Positions 1-15,300 of a stretch of DNA of 64,000 bases are shown one piece after another. Positions within the stretch are counted from its first letter, which is position 1. Every line of letters starts with the position of its first letter. The notes under the pieces were generated by a model. That model was not told the origin of the DNA and made no database searches. It saw only the letters and a list, made by a program, of their open reading frames with translations. The stretch is taken from contig NMRA01000121.1 in NCBI GenBank assembly GCA_002633005.1, forward strand, positions 470,434 to 534,433, in the 5' to 3' direction. The translations under genes and the position numbers were made by a program. Source of the DNA: Phoronis australis (lineage: Eukaryota > Animalia > Phoronida).

Positions 1-33
1 CAAACATACATGGTCAGCCCCGGAGCAAAAATG

Positions 34-39
34 TTTATT
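34..39 (-). promoter_or_regulatory. Putative polyadenylation signal AATAAA of the GMC-hydrolase gene
   Basis: tttatt at 34-39, about 30 nt downstream of the stop codon at 72-74. Confidence 0.45.
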
Positions 40-71
40 AAGTAAACCGTTGGCAGTGTGATGCCAAATAA

Positions 72-323
72 TTAATTCGAAAACTCACCGCTAGCTGCTG
101 ACGCCTTTTCTCCCAACCCCCTTTTCACAGTTGCATACGCCTGCTTGTAAACGCGAACGTCTGCGTGCGCGTATTTGTCGAGGAAGGACACTATGATTGG
201 GTAGATGTCCTTGTTGGCGTTCTTTCCAATAATAGAGTCCAAGTGTCCATATCCTTCGAGCAAACGGAATTCAAACCGATCTTTGTTCTCCGGATGTGCT
301 GCTTGCACGAGATTGTGCATGAC
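72..323 (-). CDS. GMC-hydrolase exon 20 (terminal; hydrolase catalytic His)
   Basis: cctag|GTC ATG; VMHNLVQAAH...LEGYGHLDSIIGKNA...stop. Confidence 0.88.
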   Translation of the reverse strand, partial: VMHNLVQAAHPENKDRFEFRLLEGYGHLDSIIGKNANKDIYPIIVSFLDKYAHADVRVYKQAYATVKRGLGEKASAASGEFSN

Positions 324-3300
324 CTAGGTTGAACGACATTAATGAATGTTGGCGTACCTCTATTGTCATGTTTCGACTATTCAATATATTCTCACATTTT
401 ATAAACTATGTCAGGCCTATATTTCTATATCCCGTCAAAATGCGTCTCTCAAGAGAAATTCGTAACACAGGTTTTCGAGTGATTCACCCAAGATACATGT
501 TCAGATGTAACATATGTCAAGTTATTTTTGTCCAAATGTGGTGTGTGGTTTAACCTGTCAAAGCTTTATTAGTGTACCTAAGCGGCACAACAATTGTCGA
601 AGCAAACGTACCTGCATAAGCCCAAAAACGGTGAGTTTGGGGCCATGTCTGTAGGATGCCCTCCCCCCACAGGCACCTACAATCGACCCAATGAGTGCGC
701 GACATGTTATTTTCGAGAAGAAGGTATTTGTAAAATCGTAGCGATTCCTGTCAACTTCGGAGGTGAAAATTTCATTAAAGGTTAGTAATCTCACAAGTGG
801 AATTAATTTTTTTCCAAAATAACCTAGTAAACTTTGACAGAACTCTTCCAGGGTCTTTCGCTAAAATCATTTCGCAATTTAGTCGCACTTTTGTCGCACT
901 AAAACAGCGTTTTGTCGAACTCGAACTGCAATCAGTGCGTCCGACATCACAGTGAGCAGATATGTGGTATTTCACTCGTTAAGTATAATTATACGAGCAA
1001 TTGACATTTCTGTTGGCAAATGTCGAGCATAAAAACACATTCGTCTGAAGGACATGCAGATTCACGTACATGTAACATGACGGCCTTAGTCAAAAAGCGG
1101 AACTTGCTAGGAAAATTGCTTCGCAAAGCCCAAATAAGTTTGAGCATTCTTGCAATTTTAGTAAATATATCGCAGGGTATTTGAGCAAAACGCGTGAGCT
1201 GCCATAGACAGATTTGGGGGGGGGGGCAGGGAGCTCGGGCCTCGCTCCCCCCCGGCCGTCTTGGCTGCGGCAAAATATGAAAAAGCCAGTTCAGGAGTTT
1301 GGGGGGGGGGGGGGCTCAGGCGCGGAAACACGTTCCACATTCTCTGTCCCCGCAACTTCCGGGCCGCCTGTGCACATACACATACAATCTGGCTTTGCCT
1401 AATTCCCATAGGATGTTTGACCCCCTCCCTTATGGGATCCTAGATCCGCCACTGGCTGCATAGCTCCAGTTGACCTAGCTTTACAAATGATTACCTCTGT
1501 CCGTCAAAAAGGAACCTGCGATGAATTAACATGTGTGCCATTTAATACATTGATCAGTTCACAATTCAGAATTAGCAACTGGCCCAGTGACCCTGGTTGC
1601 TTTTGAAGGGTTTGCAATTGAACAGCTCCATTCTTGATTATTTAGTTTCTGTATACTTTGAAGTGAACGGTCTTGAGTTACCACCTTCTGCCTGTGTGTT
1701 GGTGGATCAACATAGGCTTTTCAGCACGTTATACACGTTTAAAATATAAGTAACTTAACAGCCAGTGCGATCTCAGGCTGTGTTTGGTGACCTAGGAAAA
1801 ATCCCAAATCGCAATGCACGAAGTCGCCACAGGAAGTATCAAAATCCGACCGACAATAATTCCCCCATAGGCGAAGTTCGTTTTAAATTTTGTGGTAACT
1901 TCCAATCCCTAAATTACTCAATTTACTTAGATTTAATACCCTTTGTTCACGATTGCTCCGCTTATTTCGTGAAATTATTGCATTTGCCACCCTCAGCGAT
2001 CAGCACACACAAAGCCTGCTTAAATTACAACAGGAAGTAAACAGATGGAAGTCGGAATTGTTCGGCAATCATCGACCAAGTCCGGTGAAACACGCGCCTC
2101 TAATACTCATGCAATCGTCTTCGTACTAATCTTCGTTGGCGGGAAGAATTGAGAATAGAGTAGATTGAATGGTGTATATTTTTACGGAATGAAATTGAAG
2201 AGGCATGCGTAAGTTTCTGAGAACGGAGTACGGCACTACCTTTTTCATTTCTTATTTTTTTAGTCAACGATTTCGACGTAAGTTTTGGTGGCGACCTCAG
2301 ATTCAGTCGTTTGGCAACCTGAGACTTTCGCCAAGCCGCTAAATGTGACTTGCCGTCAAGCTCAGCGTCAAGCACTGCTAAGTCTTGATGTGTACCTTCA
2401 AGGTGTCAGGTGATTTATAGACTCCATTTAGTTCACTCATCAGGAGGATCATCGGTACATTCAGTCTGCCCAACCACTCCTTAGAGTGACTTGAGGACAA
2501 CACCTCTTCGATCTTCTCCGAGTATCCAGGCATGTACAGATCGTCATCGCCATCCTTGAATCCCGTAAGACGCCTTTGTTCAAATAGCCTGTATAAAAAA
2601 CATTAGTCTTATTCTCTAATAGCATCAAGTCATTTTCAAAATACTTTTAGCCTGTTTCTCACAAGTTTAATTCCATTGGTCACGCACAGTATACGCTAAT
2701 TGCAACGTGTAACCTCTGTCAGCAAAACGGAAAATTCGACACTTAATTGAAGCAAAATTACTGCTATGCTGAAATTAACGTACTTTGAAATGTGGGAATA
2801 CGACATCAAAGACCCTGCGCCGAACATTTCATGAAATGTCCGATGGGTGTCGTTGTTGAGTTGGCTGTGCTCCCACAGCAGTCCATACGCTAAAGTCAAT
2901 TTATGGCATATGCTGTTCTTACACTCGTTCTCGTCTGCTGAAACCGTGTCTGCAACCACTGAAATACACAGCAGCTGTGCGGATGAACGACAAAGGTAAG
3001 CAGAAACATCCATCGTCTACGATAGGAAAAATGTAAGAGGCGGGAAATCTGAATAAGATGGGGAGAGATGTGAATAAAATGGGAAAAGAGGATAAATACA
3101 ATGCATACTCCCATCAAGAGTTAATATACTTTGTCTTGTCGTCACCAAGATGAAGTTAAAAATGTTAGTGACTGCGGGCTTGAGATACCATGTTGCATTG
3201 AGTGAGCTGATCAGTTGTGCACCCTTGAGAAGGAGACACATATAATCTGCGGCTGTAAATCAGCTAGTGTTTTGCAAGTAAGCTTGCGGACTATACAGGC

Positions 3301-6300
3301 AAGCAACGGGATAGCCACCACTATATAAGCAAGCAACGGGATAGCCGCCTCTAATGTTCATTAGAAATCAACGTCGGAATTTTGGATTATGAGAGAAAAC
3401 GATCAGTAAACTCGTTAATCACGTTGGATAATCGTCAAGTTGAGCTCCCAGCGTCTCGCCTGAGTGACTAGCGTTACAGCCACATGATAACGTTTGCGAG
3501 TAAACTTTTACAATATGATCAAGTTGTAATGAAAACCCTATAACTTTGTCTGCGTCCTACACAGTTAAGTTTCACGAGAGAATGATCCCTTACCTTTGGA
3601 GAGTTTCTGTAGGAGTCTGTCTAACAGAGACAAGTCGTCGTCGTATATGTCCATGGCTTCCAGCGCAAAACTTTCAAAAAAGCTCGATAACTTCAGGCCA
3701 ACTTTTACCTGAATCGTAAAAAAATCTCCGTGAAATAAAACATGAAATGCTATTCATTGGAACTCGTTGTGGTGTTGCATTCTTGCTGCCCATGTTGCAA
3801 TGTTGGGTTTACGTTTTGAATTACATCGAGTTTCATATTACAATATCACAAGTCAAATGTGATTAATGGGTAGTGTTAACTTTTTGGAAACATTGTTAGC
3901 CAATGGTTTGAGTCACCTACATGTCAGTTACACAGTGACACAGTGCACGACTTCCTCACTCCATCACAATTCCAGTTTGATTTTGTTTTATAAAATAGCC
4001 TAAAATATCTTTCGGAGAAAGTACACTATGTTAGCTCTGAAAAAGAACAACTCCATTTTCATACATGAACATATGCTTTTACTCTTTAGATTAAAATCTT
4101 ACCTTGTTCAGGACAGTGGGATATGGCGTGATGCTTCCTTGCGAATTAGCCACACAACGAATCTTGCCATCGAGAAATCCGCCCAGTCGCGACATCCAGA
4201 AAGTTGATGCTCCCATACAGTGACATAGGATCTAAATGATCAAGACACTTACAGAAATAATGAACACAAACATCTAAAACAGTGCAGTCTATTTCCCGTA
4301 GTGGAAAGCTACGCATGTAACACTTTTGTGCATGACAGCTTCTCTGTGAAATGGGAAGATTTATTGTTCACGCTAACTCCATGTAGAAGTTGTTTACTTT
4401 ATACGAGATACGAGAATGGTCTCTGCTGAGGTGTGCATGCGTGAATGAATGAAAGTACTTGTTTGATTGTTTGTTTTTGTACTTGTTTATCAACGATAAC
4501 AAATATCTGAAAAAATAAAAAATATCAAAATGGAAAATTCTGTAAAATTGGTCAGATGAGTTATAACAATAAAAATATTTCCAGGTGATCAGTGCAATGG
4601 GCCCACATGCGAGGCCTGCGCACGTCTGATACAACGTGTATCAGGCCGCCTGCAATTATTTTTTTAATATAACAATTGTTACATTAGCCGCAGTAATATC
4701 TCTGTTACTAAATTCAGCCTGGTTTACCTCAACATCTTTGTGGTTAGTTTCCTTCAGAACACGATCGACAGCAGACGGGATATCGTACTTGGCCACGTCG
4801 TCCAGAGTAAATGGTTTGCGAGCTTCCGCTCGATAAGGTGCACCTATATGGTAAATGAAACGAGAAATGAAGATGCCATTGACTGAAGTGTCGTTTCTTA
4901 TTTTATTTCATACAAATAATTCTCTTCCGTGATTAACAAGTGATCTTTGGAACAAGGTTTTGTAGAGCGCCTTTGCGCGCATTTGTAATCGACGAACGTG
5001 TGTAATGTAAAATGTCGACCATACTGCTCGTGTTGAGCTGTGCGACATCTATGAAGATTCTCTATAACACAAAATGTTCTAAAAAGCAGCCAGCAATTCG
5101 TTTCTTGATAATGCTTTAAGACTTAAGACAAAATATTTTCTTGCGCTTCCACTCCACATTTGGTGAATAAAGGTTTAGCCAAGGAATTATGATCGCATTA
5201 CTGTCTGGAAATAATTTATAGAAATTATCTCACTTATGTGTATATTCTCAGGGATATTGCACCTTTGCTCTCAAGTGAGATTTAAATATTTTTTCAAAAA
5301 TAGCTGTCAGGAGCTTAAGGCGAAATTTCTGTCCTGAGTCTTCAATAAATTTTCATGAAATAGACCCCAGGACTAAGCATGCTGAGGTTTGAAATAAGAC
5401 CAATTCATTGAAATGGCGAAAGGCAAAGGACATCTTCCGTGTCGCTATTCTGAAGTATTAGCATGTACGTTGAAGTTTGTAGGCCTAATTAAGACTTACA
5501 TCTCCAGTCGAGACACCAGACGTCATATTTCCGTTTCACCAGAAACTCCACCATGTTTTCAGAAACCGTATCCAAAGTAAACAAGATCGAATATGTCCCG
5601 TGACCATGAAGTAACAAAACTGGGCCTTTGCTTCCACCTGTTGACGAACATATCACAGCCTGTGAAGTGGGTTCATATATTTCCAACTGATATTTATGAT
5701 AATGGGTCAATCATGATCCCAGTTTTTCAATTCACTGGAAACGTTGTCGTTAAAGCACGCGACTGCCGTCGTAGTTCCAAGTTGAGAAAGAGAGGTAGGC
5801 CTACATAAAACGACCTTTCCTGAAAGACATGCTGGTCATCTTTTACGAACACCTTCAAGGGAGTTCAGCAAGTTTTCAGGAGTGATGGCAGTTCTTCAGA
5901 ATCACGAATGTTCCACGGGACGGCAGTGAAGACAAATTTAAATCAACCAACCATTCATCTTTTACAAAACAGTCCCAGCATTTTTGTCTAATATTCGACT
6001 CGGAGAAGCAACCGATATCACAAGATCGTACAATTTTCAACAAATGATCTCACCTTGATAACGTATCAGGTTGTTGACAGTGTCGTCTTCCGTAAGTACC
6101 TGATAGACAACAGGCTGGGCGTGGTCAGGAAGATTCAACGGTCTCTTCACTCTGTTGTGAGGCAGGGCCCTGGAAAACATGCGCTGACTTAGCACAGTAG
6201 TGTAGGTCTTACGATATAAAATCCTAAACAATGATTTATTGTTTACATGAAACGCCATACGCCTTCCAATTACCTCAAAATCTCCGATTTAGAAGAAATT

Positions 6301-9300
6301 CGTTTGAGAACACATAGTTGCTGCTTTTGTAAAATATTCAGGGGACAATTTTCAATTGTTATCAGAAAGGTGCAATATTCAACTGTTGACTGAAAGGTGG
6401 AATTTCTCGACATTTTCTAATAACGATTTACATATTCAACGCTTAAACTTTAACAAAAAAGTCGGATTCGAACCGTTTGCAGTTTACGTAATAATATTAT
6501 ATACAAGTGGCTTAAAACTTAAAAGGGCTTTCCTGATGATTATGAAGTGTTCCATTTTTTCACTAATATATGAGGGAATTAAGTGACACAAAGCAGCTGG
6601 CCTTGCTTAAAGAACTGAAATCAAAACTTCCGCAAATCTTTAAGGCTCACATCTGACTGCTGGAGAAGGGACTGTAAGTGTTGTAGATCTCTCCCAAGAA
6701 TAGCTTGAAGAACTGAGCCTTAAGGCGCACTTGATCTGCAAATCCACCTTCCACGTTTGTGATTTCTAGAGTTGTGAGTGAGTTGAGTAGTGAGGCGAAT
6801 GGCATCTTGATTAAACCTTGCCCGATCTTGTCAGCATCTGCACAGATGGAACATAACGAAGAGATATTCCGGTACGTAGCGTGAACAGCGTCTTTAATAT
6901 GAAGCATACATACATACACATAGATGTATAAACATTGTAACAACTACCTCAGTTGTATCGTCCTACAACCCATGAAACTGTAAAAGATGTTTTTTTTCGA
7001 ATCACATTTTAATCCATAAAATTGTCGTAGCAAGCTATGGTTGGTGCACGGCTGTTGTTACACCAAAGGCTTTTCAAGATTTTTTGAATGAGAAGTTCTG
7101 GTGACAACGGGAATTTGAAAGTAGGAACATGTAGTCTGCCAGCTTGAAAGGGATGACAAAAAACAACACTTGTAATTAAAAAGTAAGCCACCTTTTGTAT
7201 TTTGCCTCCTTTAAATTCAGGGTCGACAGTGATTCTTACAACTGTTTAATTGTTTCCAAAACTTAAAAATGATACCAAAACTCGGAGTTATAAGTTCTGT
7301 AGAGAAATTAAAAACAGAGGTTAGAAGTGTTATGGAAAGAACTTTAGTATCCATTAACATATTCCAAATTCTAAAGACTTCACAGCGCTGAGACAGTCCG
7401 TCGAATGCATTGTGGGGCAGTCGCCGGCTCCCAAAAAAAATCAGGGTAGAATTCAATGTCGCGAGACGAAAAAATCTTGTCAAAATTAAGTGCACTCATT
7501 GAAAATACACGGCAACATGTCGCGGAATATCGCGAGATCTTGCGTTTCTAGTGAGACACAAGCGTCAGTGAACTCGCTACCTTGCAGCCTCGTCCCCAAG
7601 CCTCAAGATGACGCTGATCAGTTTAACCATTTCAGGCTTAATTATGGGAAATTCCTTCTGCGCAATTGTTGGTCGCTGCCTTTGCATCATAAAGACAAAG
7701 GTAGATTTTAATTATTTTCACAGGCGTTGTTGCTGCCATTCATGAAGCAGAAGGCATTGTTTTGTCTATTGTTTGAAATAAAGGTTGTTCGAGTACTTAT
7801 TTTCAATTCTTTTTGTTAATAGTATCAAAATACACCATTTTGCAATAATTTAGACCTAAATTGCTGCAAATGGCTAGTAAACCGACCAGCGCTATCTTGA
7901 GGCTTGGGGACGAGGCTGGTGACCTTGGTGACATCTCAGATATTTTGTGCACGTGTAACCTGATTCATAATGTGATTTTTAGGTGGTGAGATTTGGTTTC
8001 AACGTCATCACAGCGGCGCTACCTCGAGAATCTTTCCACCAAAAGATCTGCTAACCTACTGTATGTTTTCATTTGGTGCATTTTGATACTCGCTTTCATT
8101 TTCCGATGATGGTTGCTTTGTCGTACTCACATCAAAAAGCCCGTTGCCATAGACCCATTCTTTCTATTCTGGTGCAAGCAAATGACAAATGACAAATGTT
8201 ATTTTCCGTTATGTTACTGACACGTCACCAAATTTTCTGCGATGTCACGGCCTGTTTAAATCCGACAAACGTACCACGGTCCATTTGAAAAACGATAGCA
8301 TCCCCGAATTTCAATACTATACCGTTCTGGCTAGCTCCTTTATATATGCTGTATACTAGTGTAGTTGTATCAGCGTATCCAACTTCAAAATCACGATCCT
8401 TCCGAATATTCTTCTCCCCATAAAAGAAGTACTGGTTCTTGTTGCCAGATGGCGTCAGCCGCAGTCTATATTTCATATGGTGTTGACCAATCTTGCTTTG
8501 CGGACCTGTGTCACTTGTAAACATCTGTACTGTACCTAAGGTAAATTAATTAAGATGAGCAGATGACATTTCCGGCTGGGGCAATTGGCAATTCTATCAC
8601 TGTTTGATATTGCTTGGGACTTTATTCTTTAACCAATGAGACTAGCACTTTTAAACCACCGTGGTTGTCTGGATAGTTTGCAGTTTTTCAATACTGTACG
8701 TTGTGGTTGTTAAGTCTATACGATTAGCGTACAGTAGCTCATTACATTGCTTCTTCATCTAGATTTGATTCATTCTACTTTGAAGTTCGAGAGATAGATT
8801 TTATTAAGTTATCGCTCAATGATTTTTTAAGGAGGATGGAACAAGATTTTTCAAATGAACAGCATTGATCAAAACATTAGTTATCACTGGTTATCAACAA
8901 GTTAATCGACATATACCTTTAGCTGTTACGGGCTGCTTAGACAGTAAAGGGCATTTCACAACGCCATCTACCAGGGCCTGGTGATTCGGGTCTTTATCGA
9001 CGAAGTACACCAAATCTTTATGTGACAAAGTGAGATTAACCTCAAGGTCAGAGAGCGTGCTACTGTTGGTCATTTGGAAGCTTCCCTTCATAGTCTCCTC
9101 AACTCTAAATCCAGGTGTCTTGATCGCCGACCAGTCAATGGTAGCTAGGGTAAACGGTTAAGTAAAGTCAGAATTTACTGACAAAGCGGAAGTGGGACAA
9201 TTCTGTTGATCTTGAAATGCTCATGAGCAAGACTTCAAGAAACAACAACCTATTAATCTATTTTCACACTGTCAATGATGCTAGGTCTTTCATTGTTATC

Positions 9301-12300
9301 AATCAAACTTTCATGTCAGCTACGATGTTAAACAATGAAGCTTGTGTATGAACCTAACTAGCATGTCACCAATTTGCTTATGGGGCATGATATCAAATCA
9401 AACGTCTGTTCTACAAGCAACGTGATACGTGATACGCAGTCACTGAACTGGTAGTTTTAAGCACCATCCTTTGCAAGTGACGCATGCATTAGCTTTCAAA
9501 GTTTAAGTCAATATATAATAAATTATTGCTACCCGATGTAGAAAAATAATACGTCTCCACTTCTCTTTATTGACCCCTTGGTAGCTTTGACATCATTGGT
9601 CTGAAATCGTACCTGGATTTCCTACAAAATCGTAGTTAATGGTCCAGTTGTAATCCTTGGCCATGAGTCGCATACATCGCTCTGCCACTCCGCAGATGGT
9701 CAGCAGGGGATTTATTCCGACTGATCGAGGCATGACGGCGCCATCAACAACGTACAAACCCCGCAGTAGATTCCCAGTATTACCTGGAAACATATGGCGC
9801 ATGCTCATTCGATACAAAGTTTGTCCATTTCCGAGTGAAGTTATCATGTACATTACTACATACGCGTTGAATAAGTTGTGTGCAATACGGCCATGTGGTA
9901 TTTAATCATTTTCCGTATTGCAATCACGGAACTACTTTAACAGTGCCGTCTGACATGGAAAGTTCAAAAGATAGGTCAATGTCGACTCGACGTCGTTAGC
10001 CGGCGCGATCATCAAAATTTCCCATAACAGTTTATAGTCATGAAGTTGCAGCAGTATAAATATCACTCAACATGCAATCAGGTCCCATACATAACATCTG
10101 GTACAAAACTGTTAATTATTTCACACTCCTGTCTCAATGTTATTTGCTCTCATATTATATCGCCTGCAACTCGGACACCGATTCCTCTGTAACTACAATG
10201 TTAAACATTGTTGTAATTTCATTATTTTCAGAAAATGTTACAGATCCAACGCACAATTACCGTTGTTTTAATCTTTGTTATCTCTTCTCAAGTAATAAAT
10301 CGTTACATTTACTGCTGTGTTCTTTAACTAGAGTAAACTTGTAGCATAAAGTACAAGTACATACGTTAAAGATTGTGATCTTTTACGTACAGACTGTGTG
10401 AAGTATTTAAAAAAATCTGCCAAAATTAAAAGAAGCGTGATATGGGATAAATACAAAACGTACCTCGAGTGGCGTAGATAAAATGATACCCTACTCGATA
10501 TTATTCAGCGTAACGATCTCGACCTTGAGTCTCGGTCGATACGCGAAGTAACGTATTGCATCTACGCTACTCGAGGTACGTTTTGTGTATATATGTATGT
10601 GTGCATCATAACGTTGTAAGGAAAATGACGCATGAACGTGTTCATATAGGTTATCCCACATACATAGGAATACTATTGCCATATCCTATCGAGAATTCAT
10701 TTCAACGAGACCGACTTATTTGCATCATCGCGGCAAAACCTTGCCGTGTGCTTCGGCTTCTTGTTGTATGACGTCATGTGTATGCCAAGTACGGTACCTA
10801 AGCCGGTTAAGCGACAAGACAATCTGTGAAAGTGTTGAATAACCAGTAAAGATTTATTTACTAATAAATTGATTAGATGTTTCAGTTTGTGAAATATACA
10901 AGTTAAAGCACTGAACCATTAAAAAGTATCAAAGGTTTGTCGGAAACAATCCAGGAATGTAAAAGTTGAAACAGTCCCAGAACAGTCGTTCGGTAGTGTG
11001 TCGTATTAGCTTCAATGAATTTCATAGTTTTTGTCGTCTATTTTCGTGTCTCAGCTTTTGGACTGTAAATAGTAATAGAATCATTTCCCCGTGTTGAGCA
11101 CAGCATTGGAAAATAACGGTGGAAACTGTGCTGATTTGCTGAACTTGAGGTAAGGCCCTGTATCGCAAAAAGCATATTTTACGCTACGACCAGCAGGCGA
11201 CGGAGAGTGAACGCTGCTAGCACACGATTGTCTCGGTAAAAAACATGCTCTATATTCGGTCGCAATTTCCTTAGCTCTCAGTGTACATATACTGTATACA
11301 TTCATAGCGAGACGTTTTCGCGGATTTGAATTAGATTTTTGACTGATTTTGTTGGCCGGGGACGCTATTTAGCTTGACCTATTATTTTATGATAACCCAA
11401 ATTGAAACTTCATTGAGGCCCAAAATAGCCGCCTGATCACCGTGCGTCGGAATTTTCATCCGTAAGTCTTTTCTGTTTTTAGAGCAGAAAAACTGCTCTT
11501 TCATGAACGACGCCTTGGATTAATCATTTAGGTAACCCAAATGAACGAGCTCAGTCACATTTGGCGTTGCACTAACGAATTTACTCCACCAGAAGACTGC
11601 TCACCAACCGTGAAATGCGGTTTCTACCGTTGAATACGGCCTCTACCGTGGTATACGGATTGGCTCTACTTTCCCGAATGTCACACTTAATAACGTGACG
11701 TGTACAACATCCATATTTTCATATATATGGGATAAGACTGTTATTTAAGGGATAGTTCGAAGAACAGCATAAACTGCATATTTATACAAACAGTGTCTGC
11801 AATTGTCACGTATCAGTTCTTTAAAAACGGCAGCGCACGAGTCATTCACATAAAAAAATGAAAACCAGTTTGCGGATATATATACACAAGTAAAATCACA
11901 GAGAACTATTTGCCAAGTGTTGTATTTTATATTTGAAACATTGCAGAAATTAAGTTTTCACTGAGTAGCTCTTTTTGAGAGTCTGACGCAAGTGTTGGTA
12001 AACACAGGACTCACCCTCAAACACCTGGCATTTGTGGTTGACGACTCCTGTCTTCCCAGATTCACCCATATTGCATCCTCCTAGCGGATGAACAGTTACT
12101 GTTCCACGGCCACTGTATACCGGCTTTAAACGGTCAGACCAAAGCGGATTCTCAACAAACTTTCCGCCCAATGCCTTTGCGGCGAGTCTGTAAACCTGCG
12201 TTATAGTTAGCAAACAGTAATGGACATGTATGACAGTTCACGATTCATAAGCAAATACCACACAAGAAAAAGTAACGACTCAATGTTCTCTAGGTTCCAA

Positions 12301-15300
12301 ATGCTTTTTTGTTCACCCATGCATAAACGTTTAATTGGTTGTGTATTTAAACGTCTCTAATTTGGAGTACCTCGTCGATCCTTTTATAGTTTGGACTCTT
12401 CCCGGAGTCCGGCCACTCGATCTTTACGCCATCTTTGTCCAGTTTTATTCGGCCGCTGTTCTTCTCCCCATTTGCGTCCACGTGATCGTGACTCATAGCA
12501 AGTAAACCGAGGGTCTTCTCGGCAACGTCACCCTGTAATTAAAGCATTCCACCGAGATTGACTAAGACATTAGAGCTTTGGAGCACTTGCATCATACGGT
12601 TTGTCAAGCGTCTTTTCCAACACTGCACTGATCTGATCAATGCGATAGTCTTGCAGAAGAAACTCCTGCAGACGACAGACAGGCTCAGAGAGAATCATTG
12701 GCTTTGCAAAGTATTTTGAATTTTATATATCGGCAGACACGGTGAATTTCGAAAAAGTCACCCGCCTGTTTGTTCTCAAAAAAAGTTATGCACCATTTCA
12801 TTTTCCTGAAAAATCGGTTGACGCGACTAATATGTCATGATCAGGCACTGCATTCAGTGGCCGGTTGCATGACACAGCCCCAAATAGGGACTCGACTGAA
12901 TTCCCTAATTCTACTACGTATTTGCGGACTTGTGAAAACACTGATGGTCCTTTCTTACGCTGTGTTAGGTTCGTCACTAGGTCAATTTTTGGCTTTGTTA
13001 CAAATTGAGAGTGAGTTTTCAATATTATCGAAGATGTATAAGGATCTTTTCATGCAACGCTCCTAACTTAAGTACTAAGTCCCCAGTTACATTATTTTGT
13101 CATTGAATTTAGGGCTCAATTTTTAGTTATATTATTAGAAAAAGTCTTTAGTCAAAGAGGAGATCATAATAAAGATGAAATGATAGAAAAAGATTACATC
13201 TGTGAGAAAATAAAGACGCAAATAGGTAAAAGATTTAGGGAACATAGTGGAGTCCCTATTTGGGACTGTTTCATGCAACCCGGCACTGAAGTCTATACAC
13301 GTTTGTCTGAAGTCCTGACCACAACACTGTTACGTTGTTTATGTAACCTAGGACTGTAATAAAACATTACTCTCAGATATAACTTCCGATAGCAACTTAC
13401 TGAAATCTTGTCCACAAACTGATGGAAGTCGTCACTTGGGTCAGAGTCGTGCGAGTAAAGAGACGATCCTAGAAACAGCAACGCCTTAAAGCCGTCGATC
13501 AACGCTGTAGCTACGGTAGTGTCTTCTATAATGAGCTGCTCGTGGTAGGGAGTACTTTTGTTTTTCAAATCTCGTAAATCCAAGATACTGGTAATGCAAG
13601 GGCCTGTGTAAAGAGTAAGTTGTTTTGTTGTCAAAATCATTATTATGACATTAATGAAAATTTTGCAACAATTTACCCAGAAATTAAGCAATCTTGGAAA
13701 CCTAATCGGTCGACATAAAACGGCTGCCACTCAGCAGTCGAAGGTTCACAAGTTCGAAAACTCATAGGTCCGTCAAATGTATGGATTTTTAAAAAGTCCA
13801 TAAGTCCGAAGGCTCACATGTCCCAATAAGGTCGAAGTTTTGTCAGGTCTAAATAAGTCCCAGTGTCCACTAGTCTGAAGGTTCTTAAGTCCAAAATCTA
13901 GTAAACTGAAGGAGAACAGCTCACTAGTTCGAAGGTAGTACGAAGGTCTACTAATAACTCCATAAACCGCCGACGAAACACCTTTCCTAATAACGTATTG
14001 ATGATCAGTATTCCACCCTTCCTCTAGAAGGTCGTGGGAAGCTCCCAAGAGCTTAAGAATAACTATCCAGTTGGTCGAGGTTTATCTTTGTTATGACTAC
14101 GAATTTTCCTGGATGGATAAATACTTTATGATAGTGTATAACGTTTATAACGATGTAACGTTTTGTAGCGCCCTCTACGTCACGACTTCTTCTGCCTTCA
14201 TTCACACGTGAAACTATTATATTTGCGACTATGATGTCTGAACTGCCTTATTTTAAATCACCCTGTTTTACAATCCCTAATGACGTTGAGATTCGGAAGC
14301 GTTAGGTTGTTGCCATACGCCGCCACGAAGGAAAATATGTCCGAGTAAAATTTATAAATTGTGTTTTCGAAGTTAGAACATATTTTAGTTGATGCATTTC
14401 GGTTGCCAAGCATCATAGCAACAACCGGACAATCTTCGGCCAGCCATACTGTGTTTTCATGACTACGGGTTGAAACGTGATGCATTTTTCTTTCCAAAAA
14501 GGGCAAGGCCCTCAATCCCTCAATTTTTGGGCCGAGTATCGGTCCCATTCCCCCCTCAAATATATTGAAAATAACACGATATTCCCCCCCAGGAGGCCTA
14601 AAATTCCTCTATTGATCGAAAATTTCTCTCCGAAGTTCAAATCACTTGTAACCACACAGGTGACAATTTCAAGAGCACAAAAAGCTACTTGAGACAAAAC
14701 CTATGAGAGCTTGCAACAGGGCGGGGGTGCTGTTGATGATCATCAGGAGGTACATTTTACCCTCACTCGGCGAAAAATTCCCCTCAGAACGGGGACAGGC
14801 ACCTTTCCCCTCGGATGAACGAGGCCCCTGAAGAAACATTTTAACTATATGCTTGCTCTGTCCAGTTAACTGAAACTGAGCTCTAAAACGAGGTTATGCT
14901 TTGGACGAACGAATTAGGTGTTTTAACTTTAAAATTGCACTTGGTCTAGATTTATATTTGAAACCTACACTGTAACACATGAAATAGACGTAACAGGTAC
15001 TAAAACCAAGAAAGCAGAATTGATGGTCAAATTATTTTTATTTTCAATTACTAGCCTGTTTTTGTTTTAACAAAATATATTTAAGAATATCAATTATTCT
15101 TTCAGTTCAATGACAAATCAACTGTTAGTCCCGGTAGTCCCTACCTCATAGTCAACAGGACCTAGGCTAGATTCCTGATCAACAAATTAATCAGATGTGA
15201 CAATACGAGCAGATGATTTTGTTCGTGTAGAAAGCATGTTTATCATAAATTTACAAGAAGAAACGTAACCCTGCATTCACCATAATACCTAATCCGTGAT

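Noticed and set aside
594-785. Cys-containing 63-aa plus-strand ORF
   Set aside because: Lies antisense within the last intron of the GMC gene, in repeat-like sequence; no recognisable domain and a non-ATG start.
13735-13960. Regularly recurring short motif that could suggest a CRISPR-like array
   Set aside because: Units are degenerate tandem repeats with no unique spacers, and the context is eukaryotic.
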